Shown here: positions 33,049 to 42,237 of the stretch, piece by piece | Position numbering within the stretch: position 1 is the stretch's first letter | How the letters are laid out: every line of letters begins with the position of its first letter | Translations under genes and position numbers: made by a program | Assembly: GCA_963782055.1 (NCBI GenBank) | Contig: CAWAIF010000003.1 | Location: 3,776,001-3,840,000, forward strand | Reading direction: 5' to 3' | DNA from: an uncultured delta proteobacterium | GTDB taxonomy: Bacteria; Myxococcota_A; Polyangia; Polyangiales; Polyangiaceae | Length of the DNA: 64,000 bases | The notes under the pieces: generated by a model | Database searches by the model: none | Seen by the model: the letters and a program-made list of their open reading frames with translations, nothing else | What the model was told of the DNA's origin: nothing

Positions 33049-33578
33049 CGTCGGTCTCCTCGGCAAGAGTGGGCGTGGGTAAGCAGCTTCTCCGCCAGCG
33101 CGCGGACGTCGTCGCTGGCTTCGAGCGAGAGGTGCAGCTCCAGACCGGGCGCGAGCTCCCACCGCGCGTAGCGGGCGGGGGGCGTCGGCCCGTAAGGAAG
33201 GACGGGGGAGGGCGACGGAGGCGACGGCGACGGCGCGGGCAAGGGCACGACGGCCGGCGAGGGCTCCGGCGAGCGGCCCGGGCCAGGCGGCAGCTCGCCA
33301 CCGGCGATGCGCTCGATCTCGGCGAGGGAACGCCCCGCGAGCGCGGCGGCGATGGCCTCCAGCGGGAAGTACGCCTCCTGCATCCGCTTGATGGCGCGCA
33401 GCCGGACCAGGTGCTCCTGCCCGTACGTCGTGTCCTTGCCGTGGAAGGCGGGCGCCGGGAGCAGCCCCCGCTGCACGTAGTACCGCACCGTCCGCGGCGA
33501 GACCTCCGCGGCCCGAGCAAGCTCCTCCAGCTTGAAGTGCGCCCCCCCGGCCGGCGTTCGGTACGCGTCTCGACTCAT
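33045..33578 (-). CDS. MerR-type HTH regulator
   Basis: LEELARAAEVSPRTVRYYVQRGLLPAP; C-terminal RWELAPGLELH; ATGA overlap with the VIT gene. Confidence 0.85.
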   Translation of the reverse strand: MSRDAYRTPAGGAHFKLEELARAAEVSPRTVRYYVQRGLLPAPAFHGKDTTYGQEHLVRLRAIKRMQEAYFPLEAIAAALAGRSLAEIERIAGGELPPGPGRSPEPSPAVVPLPAPSPSPPSPSPVLPYGPTPPARYARWELAPGLELHLSLEASDDVRALAEKLLTHAHSCRGDRR

Positions 33579-33584
33579 GCCCTC

Positions 33585-33620
33585 ATCCTGGTTCTGAACA
33601 CTCCTGGTGTCAAGTAGACA
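33585..33620 (-). promoter_or_regulatory. Sigma70-type promoter with an overlapping inverted repeat
   Basis: TTGACA (33613-33608), 17 nt, CAGGAT (33590-33585), then ATG 6 nt later; TGTC-N5-GACA palindrome at 33608-33620. Confidence 0.65.
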
Positions 33621-33721
33621 TCTTGCCGGGGGGGGCCGAATTTCCCCCTACCCCTTCTCTCTGCCTTCCCCTCCCCCCTCTTCTTTGCCGCACCCCCCCG
33701 CCCGGTGTTACGTACGGGCCC

Positions 33722-34150
33722 ATGCGGCGCGCCGGTCCGATCGCAGCGTGGGTGGGGGTGGCCGGCCTCCTCGCCGCCGTCCTCTGCACCAGCGGTGGCT
33801 GCGGCGACAAGGCGGTGGGCGTGGACGCCTGCCGCAAGATCGAGTTCGCCCGTTGCCGCTTCGTGGTCGCGTGCAACATAGGCGTCGGCACGCGCCGCAG
33901 CGACTCCACCAGCCCGGTCGACGACTGCGATCGCTACTACGACGACGCGTGCCTGCACGGCTTCGCGTCGGGGAGCGATCCGGGCGACGCCGTCACGCAG
34001 AAGTGCGTCGACGCCATCAACGCGGCGAAGGACTGCACCATCATCGTGAACCCGGAGACCGCGCCGGAGTGTGCCTTCCTCGTCCCCGAGGCGGGCGTCG
34101 CCGAGGCGAGCGACACCACCGAAGCCGGCGACGACGCCGCCGCGGAGTGA
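33722..34150 (+). CDS. Cys-rich lipoprotein
   Basis: Signal peptide with SGGC, eight further Cys, acidic tail ending DDAAAE. Confidence 0.72.
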   Translation: MRRAGPIAAWVGVAGLLAAVLCTSGGCGDKAVGVDACRKIEFARCRFVVACNIGVGTRRSDSTSPVDDCDRYYDDACLHGFASGSDPGDAVTQKCVDAINAAKDCTIIVNPETAPECAFLVPEAGVAEASDTTEAGDDAAAE

Positions 34151-34157
34151 CGCCGCT

Positions 34158-35339
34158 TCAGGTGTCGCCGGGGCGCTCGACCTCCGGATCCGCGTCCTCG
34201 ACGATGGCCTCCAGCGGCACGGGCACGCGGGTGGCCTGCACGTAGCCGTCCAGCTCCACGCGCCAGAAGGACGGGCCGTCCCCGCTCCGGCAGCCCAGGG
34301 TGAGCGACGGCGCGGCGAGCAGCCGGAAGCCCACGCCCGCCGGCTGCCGCTCCTCGCTGATGTGGCGGTGCCCGTGCAGCACGAGGGTCACGCCCGCCGC
34401 GTCGAAGGCCTCCGCCGCCCCGCGCGCGTCGTCCAGGCGCATGCCGATCTCGGTCGGGGCGCGCTTGCCGACGCCGTGCGGGAGGCGGACGACGTGGTGG
34501 TGGAGCATCACCAGCCGGTGGCGCGACGCCTTCCATTCGGCGCGCTTCGCCACCTCGCCGAGGAAGGCGAGCTGCTCCGGGCCCACCGCGCCGTTGTGCC
34601 GGAAGAAGCGGCGCTGCGGACGGGTGCAGGTGTCGATCCCGACGACCGCCATCGACGCCTCCGGAAGGAAGCGCACCCAGGCACCGCTCGCGTCGAGGTC
34701 GAGGCCGAGCCTGCCGGCGAACGCGCGCCACGCCGCCGTCTTCGACGCGTAGGTGGGGCGCGGGCGGGAGCTGCCGGGGATGGGGAAGAGGTAGCGGTCG
34801 TGGTTGCCGGGCACCGCGAAGAGGCGGCCGCGCGCGGCGAAGCGCTCGAAGGCGGCGTAGACCAGCTCGTAGCCGTCGCCGTCGTCGGTGAGGTCGCCGG
34901 TGATCAGCACCGCGTCCACGCCGCTCTGCTCGACGACGCGCGCGGCGCGCAGCAGCCGCACGTTGGAGTTCTTGGGGGTCGCCTCGGCGAGCACCGCGAG
35001 CGCCCCGTCGCTGGGCGGGTCGGCGGCGAGCGTCTTCGCGCGGCGCGCCTCCTGGTGGCAGGCCTGCGCCGCCGCGCGCTCCACGGGGTCGAGCAGGCCG
35101 CGAATGGCGCGCTTGGACGGCGGCGGGTGCGCGTACCCCTCCGCGTCGACGATCACCAGCTTGCGGCCCTGCCGCGCGCGCAGCACCCGCCAGCCCGCCT
35201 CCGCCCAGAGCTCCTCCCAGCGGGAGGGATCGGTGTCGGCGACGTTCGCGCTCCGCTTCACCAGGTTGGCGCGGTCGTGGAAGGTGTCACCGAAGGTGGA
35301 GACGTGCAGGTCGGAGACGTGCGCGAACGCGAAGGGCAC
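34158..35339 (-). CDS. Calcineurin-like metallophosphoesterase
   Basis: SDLH, TGDLTD, PGNHD, LHHH, HGHRH. Confidence 0.88.
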   Translation of the reverse strand: MPFAFAHVSDLHVSTFGDTFHDRANLVKRSANVADTDPSRWEELWAEAGWRVLRARQGRKLVIVDAEGYAHPPPSKRAIRGLLDPVERAAAQACHQEARRAKTLAADPPSDGALAVLAEATPKNSNVRLLRAARVVEQSGVDAVLITGDLTDDGDGYELVYAAFERFAARGRLFAVPGNHDRYLFPIPGSSRPRPTYASKTAAWRAFAGRLGLDLDASGAWVRFLPEASMAVVGIDTCTRPQRRFFRHNGAVGPEQLAFLGEVAKRAEWKASRHRLVMLHHHVVRLPHGVGKRAPTEIGMRLDDARGAAEAFDAAGVTLVLHGHRHISEERQPAGVGFRLLAAPSLTLGCRSGDGPSFWRVELDGYVQATRVPVPLEAIVEDADPEVERPGDT

Positions 35340-35340
35340 G

Positions 35341-35811
35341 CTACATGCCCGCGAGGATCTTGTAGCTGTCGCCGTCGGGGAGGAGGTCGAGGCGGTTGTC
35401 CGACACGGTGTGGTGCCACTCGTTGCCGCCGCCGAGCTTGGGCACGCGGTAGCTCGCCGAGTACTTGTAGTCTACATAGATGTGCGAGTTCTCGGCGAAG
35501 GTGACCTTCTCGTACTTGATCTCGTAACGGATCTCCGTCGTCTTCAGCAGCTCGTCGGTGAGCACGGACTTGAGGGAGTCGTAGTCGGTGTCGTCGTCGC
35601 CGATGGGGGTGCCGTGATCGTCGTGGTAGTGGGGGCTCGCCATGGCGAGCAGCTTGCCGACGTTCTTGTCCTCCATCGCGTGGCGGTAGGCCTCGCAGAA
35701 CTGGACGACCTTGCGGTTCTCGCTGGTGTCCTCGACGTTGGTGTTGGGGATGTAGATGGTGGCGCACCCCGCCAGCACACTCACCACCAGAGCCAACCAG
35801 ACCTTGCCCAT
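35341..35811 (-). CDS. Lipoprotein, probable NTF2/SnoaL-like fold
   Basis: GAGGAG RBS, LAGC lipobox, YRHAMEDKNV...YKILAGM. Confidence 0.75.
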   Translation of the reverse strand: MGKVWLALVVSVLAGCATIYIPNTNVEDTSENRKVVQFCEAYRHAMEDKNVGKLLAMASPHYHDDHGTPIGDDDTDYDSLKSVLTDELLKTTEIRYEIKYEKVTFAENSHIYVDYKYSASYRVPKLGGGNEWHHTVSDNRLDLLPDGDSYKILAGM

Positions 35812-36039
35812 GCGCTCCTCGAACCAACGTGAGCCGCGGCCAGACATTCCGCGGGAGACGGGAAATAAGTAGCTTTCGCGCGGCGGGGGGTCAACTTCAG
35901 CGCCTGCGCGCGCGGGCGATTGCCAGGTTGATCCGTCGCGCGCGCCCAGGCGACGTTTTGGCACGCGGCGGTGCGCGGGCGCGGCGCGATCGCGCCCCTT
36001 CCGTGGCGCGTGCGGCGGCGCTGCCATTCTGTCGCGCGA

Positions 36040-36112
36040 GGCCGGCCTGCGGCCGGACCTCAGGATACGTGCCCTTCGGGCTGTCGGCCGGCCTGCGGCC
36101 GGACCTCAGGAT
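36040..36112. repeat. 27-bp palindromic direct repeat containing post-stop element copy B
   Basis: GGCCGGCCTGCGGCCGGACCTCAGGAT at 36040-36066 and 36086-36112 with a 19-nt spacer. Confidence 0.8.
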
Positions 36113-38016
36113 CGTGCGCGGAGCACCACGCGGGCGCGGCTGCCGGAGGGCGACACGCTCTCCAGACTCGTCGCGCCTTCCTGCAGCGGGAGCAGGGCCT
36201 CGTGCCCCGGCCGGACGCCGGTCGCCGGCGCCCCACCCACCGCCACCTCTGCCGCGAGGACCTCCGCGCCGCCCGCGGGAGAGGACGTCACCAGCACGGC
36301 CACGGCGCCGGAGCGTGGCACGGGCCAGCCGAGGGCCGAGGCGACCGCGCGCGCGGCGACGCCCGGCGCGTCCACGGCCACCGCGACCACGCGCTCGGCG
36401 TCGCCGGCGCGTACCAGATCGCAGGCGACGACCAGCGCCTCCAGCCCGCCGTGCAGCCCGCCGCCGACGGCGAGGTTGGGTCCGGTGAGCCCGAAGGCGA
36501 CGCTGCACTCCCCCGCCACACCGTTGGGCGAGGTGTACGGGAAGCGGCGCGGCTCGGCGAGGCGCGCGCCGCGCTCCAGGATGCGGCGCTCGTACTGCTC
36601 GTTGACGTCGAGCGTCGCGTACGCGTGCCCGACGACGATCCCGGCGCCGGCGATGGCCTCGGCGCCCAGCGCGGCACCGAGCGCGCCCACCGCGGCGAGC
36701 GCGAGGTGCGAGAGGTCGTCGGCGCGGGCGAGCCGGTCGGCGCGCTGGCCCGTCACCGCGGCGAGGCGCTCCAGGCCGACGGGGCCGGCGATCACCGCGG
36801 GGGCCGAGACGTACGCGGGGCGCGCGGCGGGAGGTGCGGCGTGCGGAGGGTCGAGGCGCAGCAGCAGCGACGCGTTGGCGCCGCCGAACGCCGCGGACAG
36901 CTTGAGCACGGTGCGCGCGGAGGTGGGCTCGGCGCGGGCGAGCAGGCGCGCCGGCGCCTCCGGGTCCGGCTCGCCGGAGACCGCCGCAGCGGGGAGCACG
37001 CCCCGGCGCAGCGCGCCCAGCGCGGCGAGCGACTCCAGCGCACCGGCGGCGCCCAGGGTGTGACCGATCTGCGCCTTGAAGGGGTGCACCGCGACGTCGC
37101 GTGCGCGCTCGCCGAGCGCGCGGATCATCGCCTTCCACTCGGCGGCGTCGTTGAAGGGGGTCGCCGTCGCGTGCGCGCTGACCAGGCCCACCTCCTCCGG
37201 CGCCGCGCCGGAGAGCGCCGCCAGCGCCGCGCGGCCCAGGCCGTCGCCGGTGCGGTCGGGCGCCGTCACGTGCACCGCGTCGCCCGTGGCGCCGAACCCG
37301 GCGACGTAGCCGAAGGCGCGCGACGGCGCGTCCTCGGGCCGCACGAGCGCCATCACCGCCGCGCCCTCGCCGAGCGCCATGCCGTCGCGTCCGGCGCGGA
37401 AGGGGCGCGAGGGCAGCTGGGTGGTGGTGGCGCGCAGCACCTCGAAGCCGGACGCCACGAACACGCTCACGGCGTCGAAGCCGCCGGCGAGCACCACGTC
37501 GCACGCGCCCCGCTCGAGCCACCCCAGGCCGAGCCCGAGGGCGATGGTGGACGCCGCGCACGCGGTGAGCACCAGGGTGCTCGGGCTCGCCGCCAGGTGG
37601 AGGTCGGCGAGCACCGCCTCCACCGGCGCGAAGTAGGTCGCGGCGCGCGCCTCCTCCGGCGTCACCGGGCGACCTTCGTGGAGGGCGCGGAAGACCTTCT
37701 CGGCGCCGCGCATACCTCCGCTGGAGGTGGCGAGGGCCAGGCCGACGCGCCGGCCGCGCGCGCCGGGGATCGCCCGGTCCAGATCGGCCAGGGCGTCCTC
37801 GAGGGCGACGCGGAGGAGCTGCGCGGCCCGATCGCTCTCGTCGTCGAGACCTCCGACGCGCGCGCAGAAGGGGCGCGTCAGCCCCGCCTCCGACAGCTCG
37901 GCGTCCACCGCCGTCGCGATGCGCGCCGCGTCCCCCACCCCGCCGGTGTGGAAGGCGGCCTCCCCGCGCCCCAGCGAGGAGATCGCGCCGAACCCGACGA
38001 TCGCCGCGCTCCTCAC
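36106..38016 (-). CDS. Beta-ketoacyl synthase fused to a CLF-like domain
   Basis: TACAAS, SAHATAT, IGHTLG, SAAFGGAN, then RRFPYTSPN CLF-like region; GTGA overlap. Confidence 0.85.
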   Translation of the reverse strand: MRSAAIVGFGAISSLGRGEAAFHTGGVGDAARIATAVDAELSEAGLTRPFCARVGGLDDESDRAAQLLRVALEDALADLDRAIPGARGRRVGLALATSSGGMRGAEKVFRALHEGRPVTPEEARAATYFAPVEAVLADLHLAASPSTLVLTACAASTIALGLGLGWLERGACDVVLAGGFDAVSVFVASGFEVLRATTTQLPSRPFRAGRDGMALGEGAAVMALVRPEDAPSRAFGYVAGFGATGDAVHVTAPDRTGDGLGRAALAALSGAAPEEVGLVSAHATATPFNDAAEWKAMIRALGERARDVAVHPFKAQIGHTLGAAGALESLAALGALRRGVLPAAAVSGEPDPEAPARLLARAEPTSARTVLKLSAAFGGANASLLLRLDPPHAAPPAARPAYVSAPAVIAGPVGLERLAAVTGQRADRLARADDLSHLALAAVGALGAALGAEAIAGAGIVVGHAYATLDVNEQYERRILERGARLAEPRRFPYTSPNGVAGECSVAFGLTGPNLAVGGGLHGGLEALVVACDLVRAGDAERVVAVAVDAPGVAARAVASALGWPVPRSGAVAVLVTSSPAGGAEVLAAEVAVGGAPATGVRPGHEALLPLQEGATSLESVSPSGSRARVVLRARS

Positions 38017-38723
38017 GGCACGCCCCCGGGCGCGTCGGGGTCGACGAAGGCCTCCGGCGTGGCCGGCTGGCTCGACACCGACTCCACCACCACGTCCACC
38101 GTGAGCCTCCCGCCCAGCGCGGTGTAGCGCGCGCGGTCTCCCGGCGCCGGCCGCGATCCGGCGCCGCTCCACTCCAGCGTCTCCATCGATCCCCCTTCCC
38201 TTCGCGCCGCCCGCAGCGCGCGTCGTCCCGGCGCGGAGCGGTCCTCCACCTCCACCGTCGCGCGACCGGAGCGCAGCACCAGCGCGTCGCCGTCGAGGGT
38301 GAGCAGCCGCCCGTCCAGCGGCGCGAGGAACCACCATCGGAAGAAGCCAATCGGCATCCCGGGCGGCGCCGACGTGCCGCGCTTCTTCAGACCCACGGCG
38401 GGCACCACCATCCGCCACGCGGCGGGCGTGACCCACACGTCCAGCGCGGTGGTCCCGCCGGGGCCGAGCAGGATCATGCGCATCGCGCGGTGCGGCTCCA
38501 CCGCCACCGCGCCGCGCCCGTCGAACACCTTGCCGGTGGCCGGCTCGCGCAGGGTCACCTGCACCTGCTCGACGTACCCGCGCTCGGGCAGCGCCGCGCG
38601 CAGCGCGCGCAGGCGTGCCCGCGCCGCGTCCCAGCGCGGCTGCGTCACCAAATCCCGCGCCGGCGCGGCGGCCACCGCGCAGGACACGAGCAGCAGCGAC
38701 AGGGCCACCACCGGTCCCCTCAC
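38013..38723 (-). CDS. Secreted/lipoprotein, possible LolA/LolB-like fold
   Basis: LLVSC signal; GRGAVAVEPHRAMRMILLGPGGTTALD beta-rich pattern; overlaps both KS genes. Confidence 0.6.
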   Translation of the reverse strand: MRGPVVALSLLLVSCAVAAAPARDLVTQPRWDAARARLRALRAALPERGYVEQVQVTLREPATGKVFDGRGAVAVEPHRAMRMILLGPGGTTALDVWVTPAAWRMVVPAVGLKKRGTSAPPGMPIGFFRWWFLAPLDGRLLTLDGDALVLRSGRATVEVEDRSAPGRRALRAARREGGSMETLEWSGAGSRPAPGDRARYTALGGRLTVDVVVESVSSQPATPEAFVDPDAPGGVP

Positions 38724-40894
38724 ACGGCCCTCAGGTCCAGGGCGTAGAACCGGCCCGGGCGCGCGCCGACCGCGAGCGCCGACGACGCCCGGCCGGCCAC
38801 CACGAGCTGAGCGGCGACGCCGACCGCCACCGCGCCGACCGCCTCGTTGTCGCCGGTGGCGACGTCGCACGGCACGACGGTGGCGCCCTCCCACGGCGTG
38901 CCGGCAATCCATCGCCGCACCACGGCCGCGTCCGCAGCGCCGACCACCACAGCCTCCCCTGCCGGCGCGTCGAGCCCTGCGGCGCGCGCGTCGCGGCCGA
39001 CGGCGATCCGCGCGACGCGCGCCAGCGGCCTGGCGCCGCGATCACGCGCGACCTCCTCCGCCTCCAGCACCACCGCCGCGCAGCACTCGCCGCGCGGCGC
39101 GCGCGTGACGCCCTCGTCGAAGAGCTTGAAGAAGACCTCGTCGATGAGGCGGCTGCGCACAGACAGCGCGCCGGCGACCATCACCTCGGCGTCGCCGGCG
39201 GCGATGAGCTCGCAGGCCGACGCGATGGCGCTCTCGCCACTGGCGCGGAGGTCGGCGGTGGCGAGTGTCGGCCCGAGCAGCCCCAGGTAGATGGACGCGT
39301 GGCCGACCGGCGAGCTGGGCACCAGGTTGGGGAAGTCGAAGGGGCTGGCGAGGCGGGGCCCCTTCTCGAAGAGGCGGTGAACGAAGGCGGCCGACTCGTC
39401 CACCGCAGAGAAGGCGCTGCCGTAGACGACGCCGCAGCGCTCGCGCGGGAGGCTCTCCGCGCCCGCCTCGGCGAGCGCGGCCTGCGTTGCGCAGACGGTG
39501 AGGCGCGCCGAGCGATCCAGGCGGCGAGCCTTGGCCGGGTCCAGCGCGAGCGCCTCGTCGGGCACCGGCCCCGACGCCGGCGCCGCCTCGGGCGCCACGC
39601 GGAGCGCGCCGCCGGACTCGACGCCGCGCGAGGTGAGCGCGGCGGTGCCGGTCACCACGACGCGCCGCACCGCGCGCGCGGGCTCCGGCGCGAGCTCCGG
39701 CTCGGTGAGCACCACTGCGCTGTCCATCCCGCCGAAGCCGAAGCTGTTGCTGAGCACGGCGCGCACGCGATCCATGCGCACCGACTCGGGCACGTGGCGT
39801 ACGGCGCAGTCGGGGTCGGGCTCCAGCAGGCCCACCGTGGGAAGGAGCGTCCTCTCGGCCACGACCAGGGCCGAGAGCACGCACTCGATCGCGCCGGCCG
39901 CCCCCAGCGTGTGGCCGAGCTGCGCCTTGGAGCTGGAGACGAAGACGCGATCGCTCTCCGGCCCGAGCACGCTGCGTATGGCGCGCGACTCGGTCCGGTC
40001 GTTGAGTGGCGTGCCCGTGCCGTGCGCGTTGACGTAGTCCAGGTCCGCGGCGTGCAGGCCGGCGCGACCCAGCGCCAGGCGCATCACGCGCGCGGCGCTC
40101 GCGCCCTCCGGCTCCGGGTTGGTGATGTGGTGGCCCTCCGAGCCGAGCGCCGCGCCGGCGATCTCGGCGATGGGTCGCGCGCCGCGGGCGCGCGCGCGGG
40201 GCGCACGCTCCAGCACGAGGAAGCCCGCGCCCTCCCCCAGGTTGAGGCCGCGGCGGTTTTTGTCGAAGGGGCGGCAGGGCTCGGGGTCGATGGCGCCGAG
40301 GGCGTTGAAGCCGCTCAGCGTGAGGCGGCAGAGACCGTCGGTGCCGCCGGCGACCACCGCGTCGAGGGACGGGTCCTCCAGCAGCCAGCTCATGGCGAGC
40401 ACCACGGCGGTGGCGCCGCTGGAGCACGCGCTGGCGACGCTGCGCACCCGGGCGAAGGGGCCGAGCGTCTCGCCCAGCACGTCCGCGGTGGAGCTCACCG
40501 GGTGCGAGCGCAGCGCGTCGTCGAGGGCGAGGGGGCGCGCGCCAGCGAGCATCTCGGAGACGCGCACCTCGTTCTCGAACATGCCGGCGGTGGTGCCGCC
40601 GACGATGAGCCCCACGCGCGCCGACGCGGGGTCCACGGCCGCCTGCGCGAGGGCCTCCCGCGCCGCAGTCAAGGCGAACGCGCTCGCGCGCGACCACCCG
40701 TCGCCCTCCGGTACCGCGACGCCGCGGACGACCGCGCCGAGGGCGGCGCGCTGGCCCGTGGTGTCGAAGACATCGATGGCGGAGAGCCCCCGCTCCCCGG
40801 CGACGAGCCGGGCGAAGGTGCCGGGGGCGTCGTTACCCAGAGACGTGACGAGGCCGACGCCGGTGACCCAGACGCGCGCGCTCACGCCCTTCAC
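38720..40894 (-). CDS. Beta-ketoacyl synthase fused to a CLF-like domain
   Basis: SACSSG, NAHGTGT, LGHTLG, SNSFGFGG, then SPFDFPNLVPS...GE degenerate KS. Confidence 0.9.
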   Translation of the reverse strand: MKGVSARVWVTGVGLVTSLGNDAPGTFARLVAGERGLSAIDVFDTTGQRAALGAVVRGVAVPEGDGWSRASAFALTAAREALAQAAVDPASARVGLIVGGTTAGMFENEVRVSEMLAGARPLALDDALRSHPVSSTADVLGETLGPFARVRSVASACSSGATAVVLAMSWLLEDPSLDAVVAGGTDGLCRLTLSGFNALGAIDPEPCRPFDKNRRGLNLGEGAGFLVLERAPRARARGARPIAEIAGAALGSEGHHITNPEPEGASAARVMRLALGRAGLHAADLDYVNAHGTGTPLNDRTESRAIRSVLGPESDRVFVSSSKAQLGHTLGAAGAIECVLSALVVAERTLLPTVGLLEPDPDCAVRHVPESVRMDRVRAVLSNSFGFGGMDSAVVLTEPELAPEPARAVRRVVVTGTAALTSRGVESGGALRVAPEAAPASGPVPDEALALDPAKARRLDRSARLTVCATQAALAEAGAESLPRERCGVVYGSAFSAVDESAAFVHRLFEKGPRLASPFDFPNLVPSSPVGHASIYLGLLGPTLATADLRASGESAIASACELIAAGDAEVMVAGALSVRSRLIDEVFFKLFDEGVTRAPRGECCAAVVLEAEEVARDRGARPLARVARIAVGRDARAAGLDAPAGEAVVVGAADAAVVRRWIAGTPWEGATVVPCDVATGDNEAVGAVAVGVAAQLVVAGRASSALAVGARPGRFYALDLRAV

Positions 40895-41154
40895 CCCGGC
40901 GCACGGTGCGTGGCGACGTGATCGGCCAGCGCCGCGACGGAGCGGAAGATGGGGCGCGCCTCGTCACCTTCCGGGATGCGCACGCCGAAGCGCTCCTCGA
41001 CGCTCATCGCGAGCTGGAGGGCGTCGAGCGAGTCGAGGCCGAGACCCTCGCCGAAGAGGGGTGCCTCGTCCTCGATGCTGGCGGGATCCCGCCCCTGGAG
41101 GTTGAGCTCCTTGACGATGAGCTCCTTGATTTCACGCCTGAGGTTCGAATCCAT
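40891..41154 (-). CDS. Acyl carrier protein
   Basis: PLFGEGLGLDSLDALQL phosphopantetheine site. Confidence 0.92.
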   Translation of the reverse strand: MDSNLRREIKELIVKELNLQGRDPASIEDEAPLFGEGLGLDSLDALQLAMSVEERFGVRIPEGDEARPIFRSVAALADHVATHRAPG

Positions 41155-41400
41155 GCGACTTTTCTGCTTGCTCCCACCGTCGCGGCCCTGCCCCCGGCGC
41201 GATCCGAGGGACCATAGCGCACGTGCCCCGGGGCGCGAAGCGGGCTCGCTCACCGATGGACGTTGCGCTCATGTCCCGCATTCTACGGGGTTTGGGGGCC
41301 GGCGCCGCTTGCCCGGCCCGCCCGAGGCCGGCTATGACCGCTGACGGAAAGCATGGAAGGGGGCGAGGCGCCCCCGGCACGACACTTGGAAGGAATCGCC

Positions 41401-42195
41401 ATGGGCTCGCTCGTCAATTACCTGACCGACAGGGGGGTCGCCCTCGTCACCCTCAACGACCCCCCGGCCAACGCCTACACGCACGAGATGCTGCGCGAGC
41501 TGGACGCGGCCATCCTGGAGGCGCGGTTCGACAACGACGTGCACGTCATCGTCGTCACCGGGCACGGCGACAAGTTCTTCTGCGCCGGCGCCAACATCAA
41601 CATGCTCAAGGAGGCGGACGAGACCTTCAAGTACTACTTCTGCCTGCACGCCAACGAGACGCTGCTGCGGCTGGAGCACACGCCGAAGCTGGTCATCGCC
41701 GCCCTCAACGGGCACACGGTGGGTGGCGGGCTGGAGATCGCCCTCGCGTGCGATCTGCGGCTGGCGCGCAAGGGCCCCTTCAAGATCGGCCTGCCGGAGG
41801 TGGCGCTGGGGGTGCTCTCCGGCACCGGCGGAACGCAGAGACTGCCGCGCACCATCGGCCGCGGACGGGCCATGGAGCTGATGGTGGAGGGCGGCAACAT
41901 CACCTTCGAGCAGGCGCAGGTCATCGGCCTGGTGCACAAGGTCTGGGAGGCCCCCTCGCACGAGGCCTTCATGACGAAGGTCATGGACTACGCCCACGAG
42001 TACGTGCCGCCGGGGAAGGCCTCGCTCGCGGTGGGACGCATCAAGCGCAGCGTGCTGAGCGGCAGCGAGATGGGGCTGGAGCAGGGCCTCGCGCTGGAGC
42101 GCGAGCTGCAGGCGGAGCTCTTCGCCAGCCACGACGCCAAGGAAGGCCTCGCCGCCTACGTCGAGAAGCGCAAGCCCACCTTCCGCGCGAGGTAG
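41401..42195 (+). CDS. Enoyl-CoA hydratase/isomerase family protein
   Basis: FCAGAN, GGGLEIALACD, GLPEVALG, GGTQRL, EKRKPTF. Confidence 0.92.
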   Translation: MGSLVNYLTDRGVALVTLNDPPANAYTHEMLRELDAAILEARFDNDVHVIVVTGHGDKFFCAGANINMLKEADETFKYYFCLHANETLLRLEHTPKLVIAALNGHTVGGGLEIALACDLRLARKGPFKIGLPEVALGVLSGTGGTQRLPRTIGRGRAMELMVEGGNITFEQAQVIGLVHKVWEAPSHEAFMTKVMDYAHEYVPPGKASLAVGRIKRSVLSGSEMGLEQGLALERELQAELFASHDAKEGLAAYVEKRKPTFRAR

Positions 42196-42237
42196 CCCTC
42201 GCCCCCTCCCCCTGCGCGGGCGAGGGGAGCAGCGGGG

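Noticed and set aside
33626..33702. Polypyrimidine/G-run tract as a G-quadruplex or ncRNA
   Set aside because: Low-complexity spacer between divergent promoters, with no independent support.
35959..35975. Possible sigma-54 promoter (TTGGCACG)
   Set aside because: The GG-to-GC spacing is off by one and no plus-strand gene follows. The TGGCAC near 10384 also lacks the -12 element.
36040..36112. Possible CRISPR mini-array
   Set aside because: Only two repeats, a 19-nt spacer, overlap with a stop codon, and no cas genes in the window.
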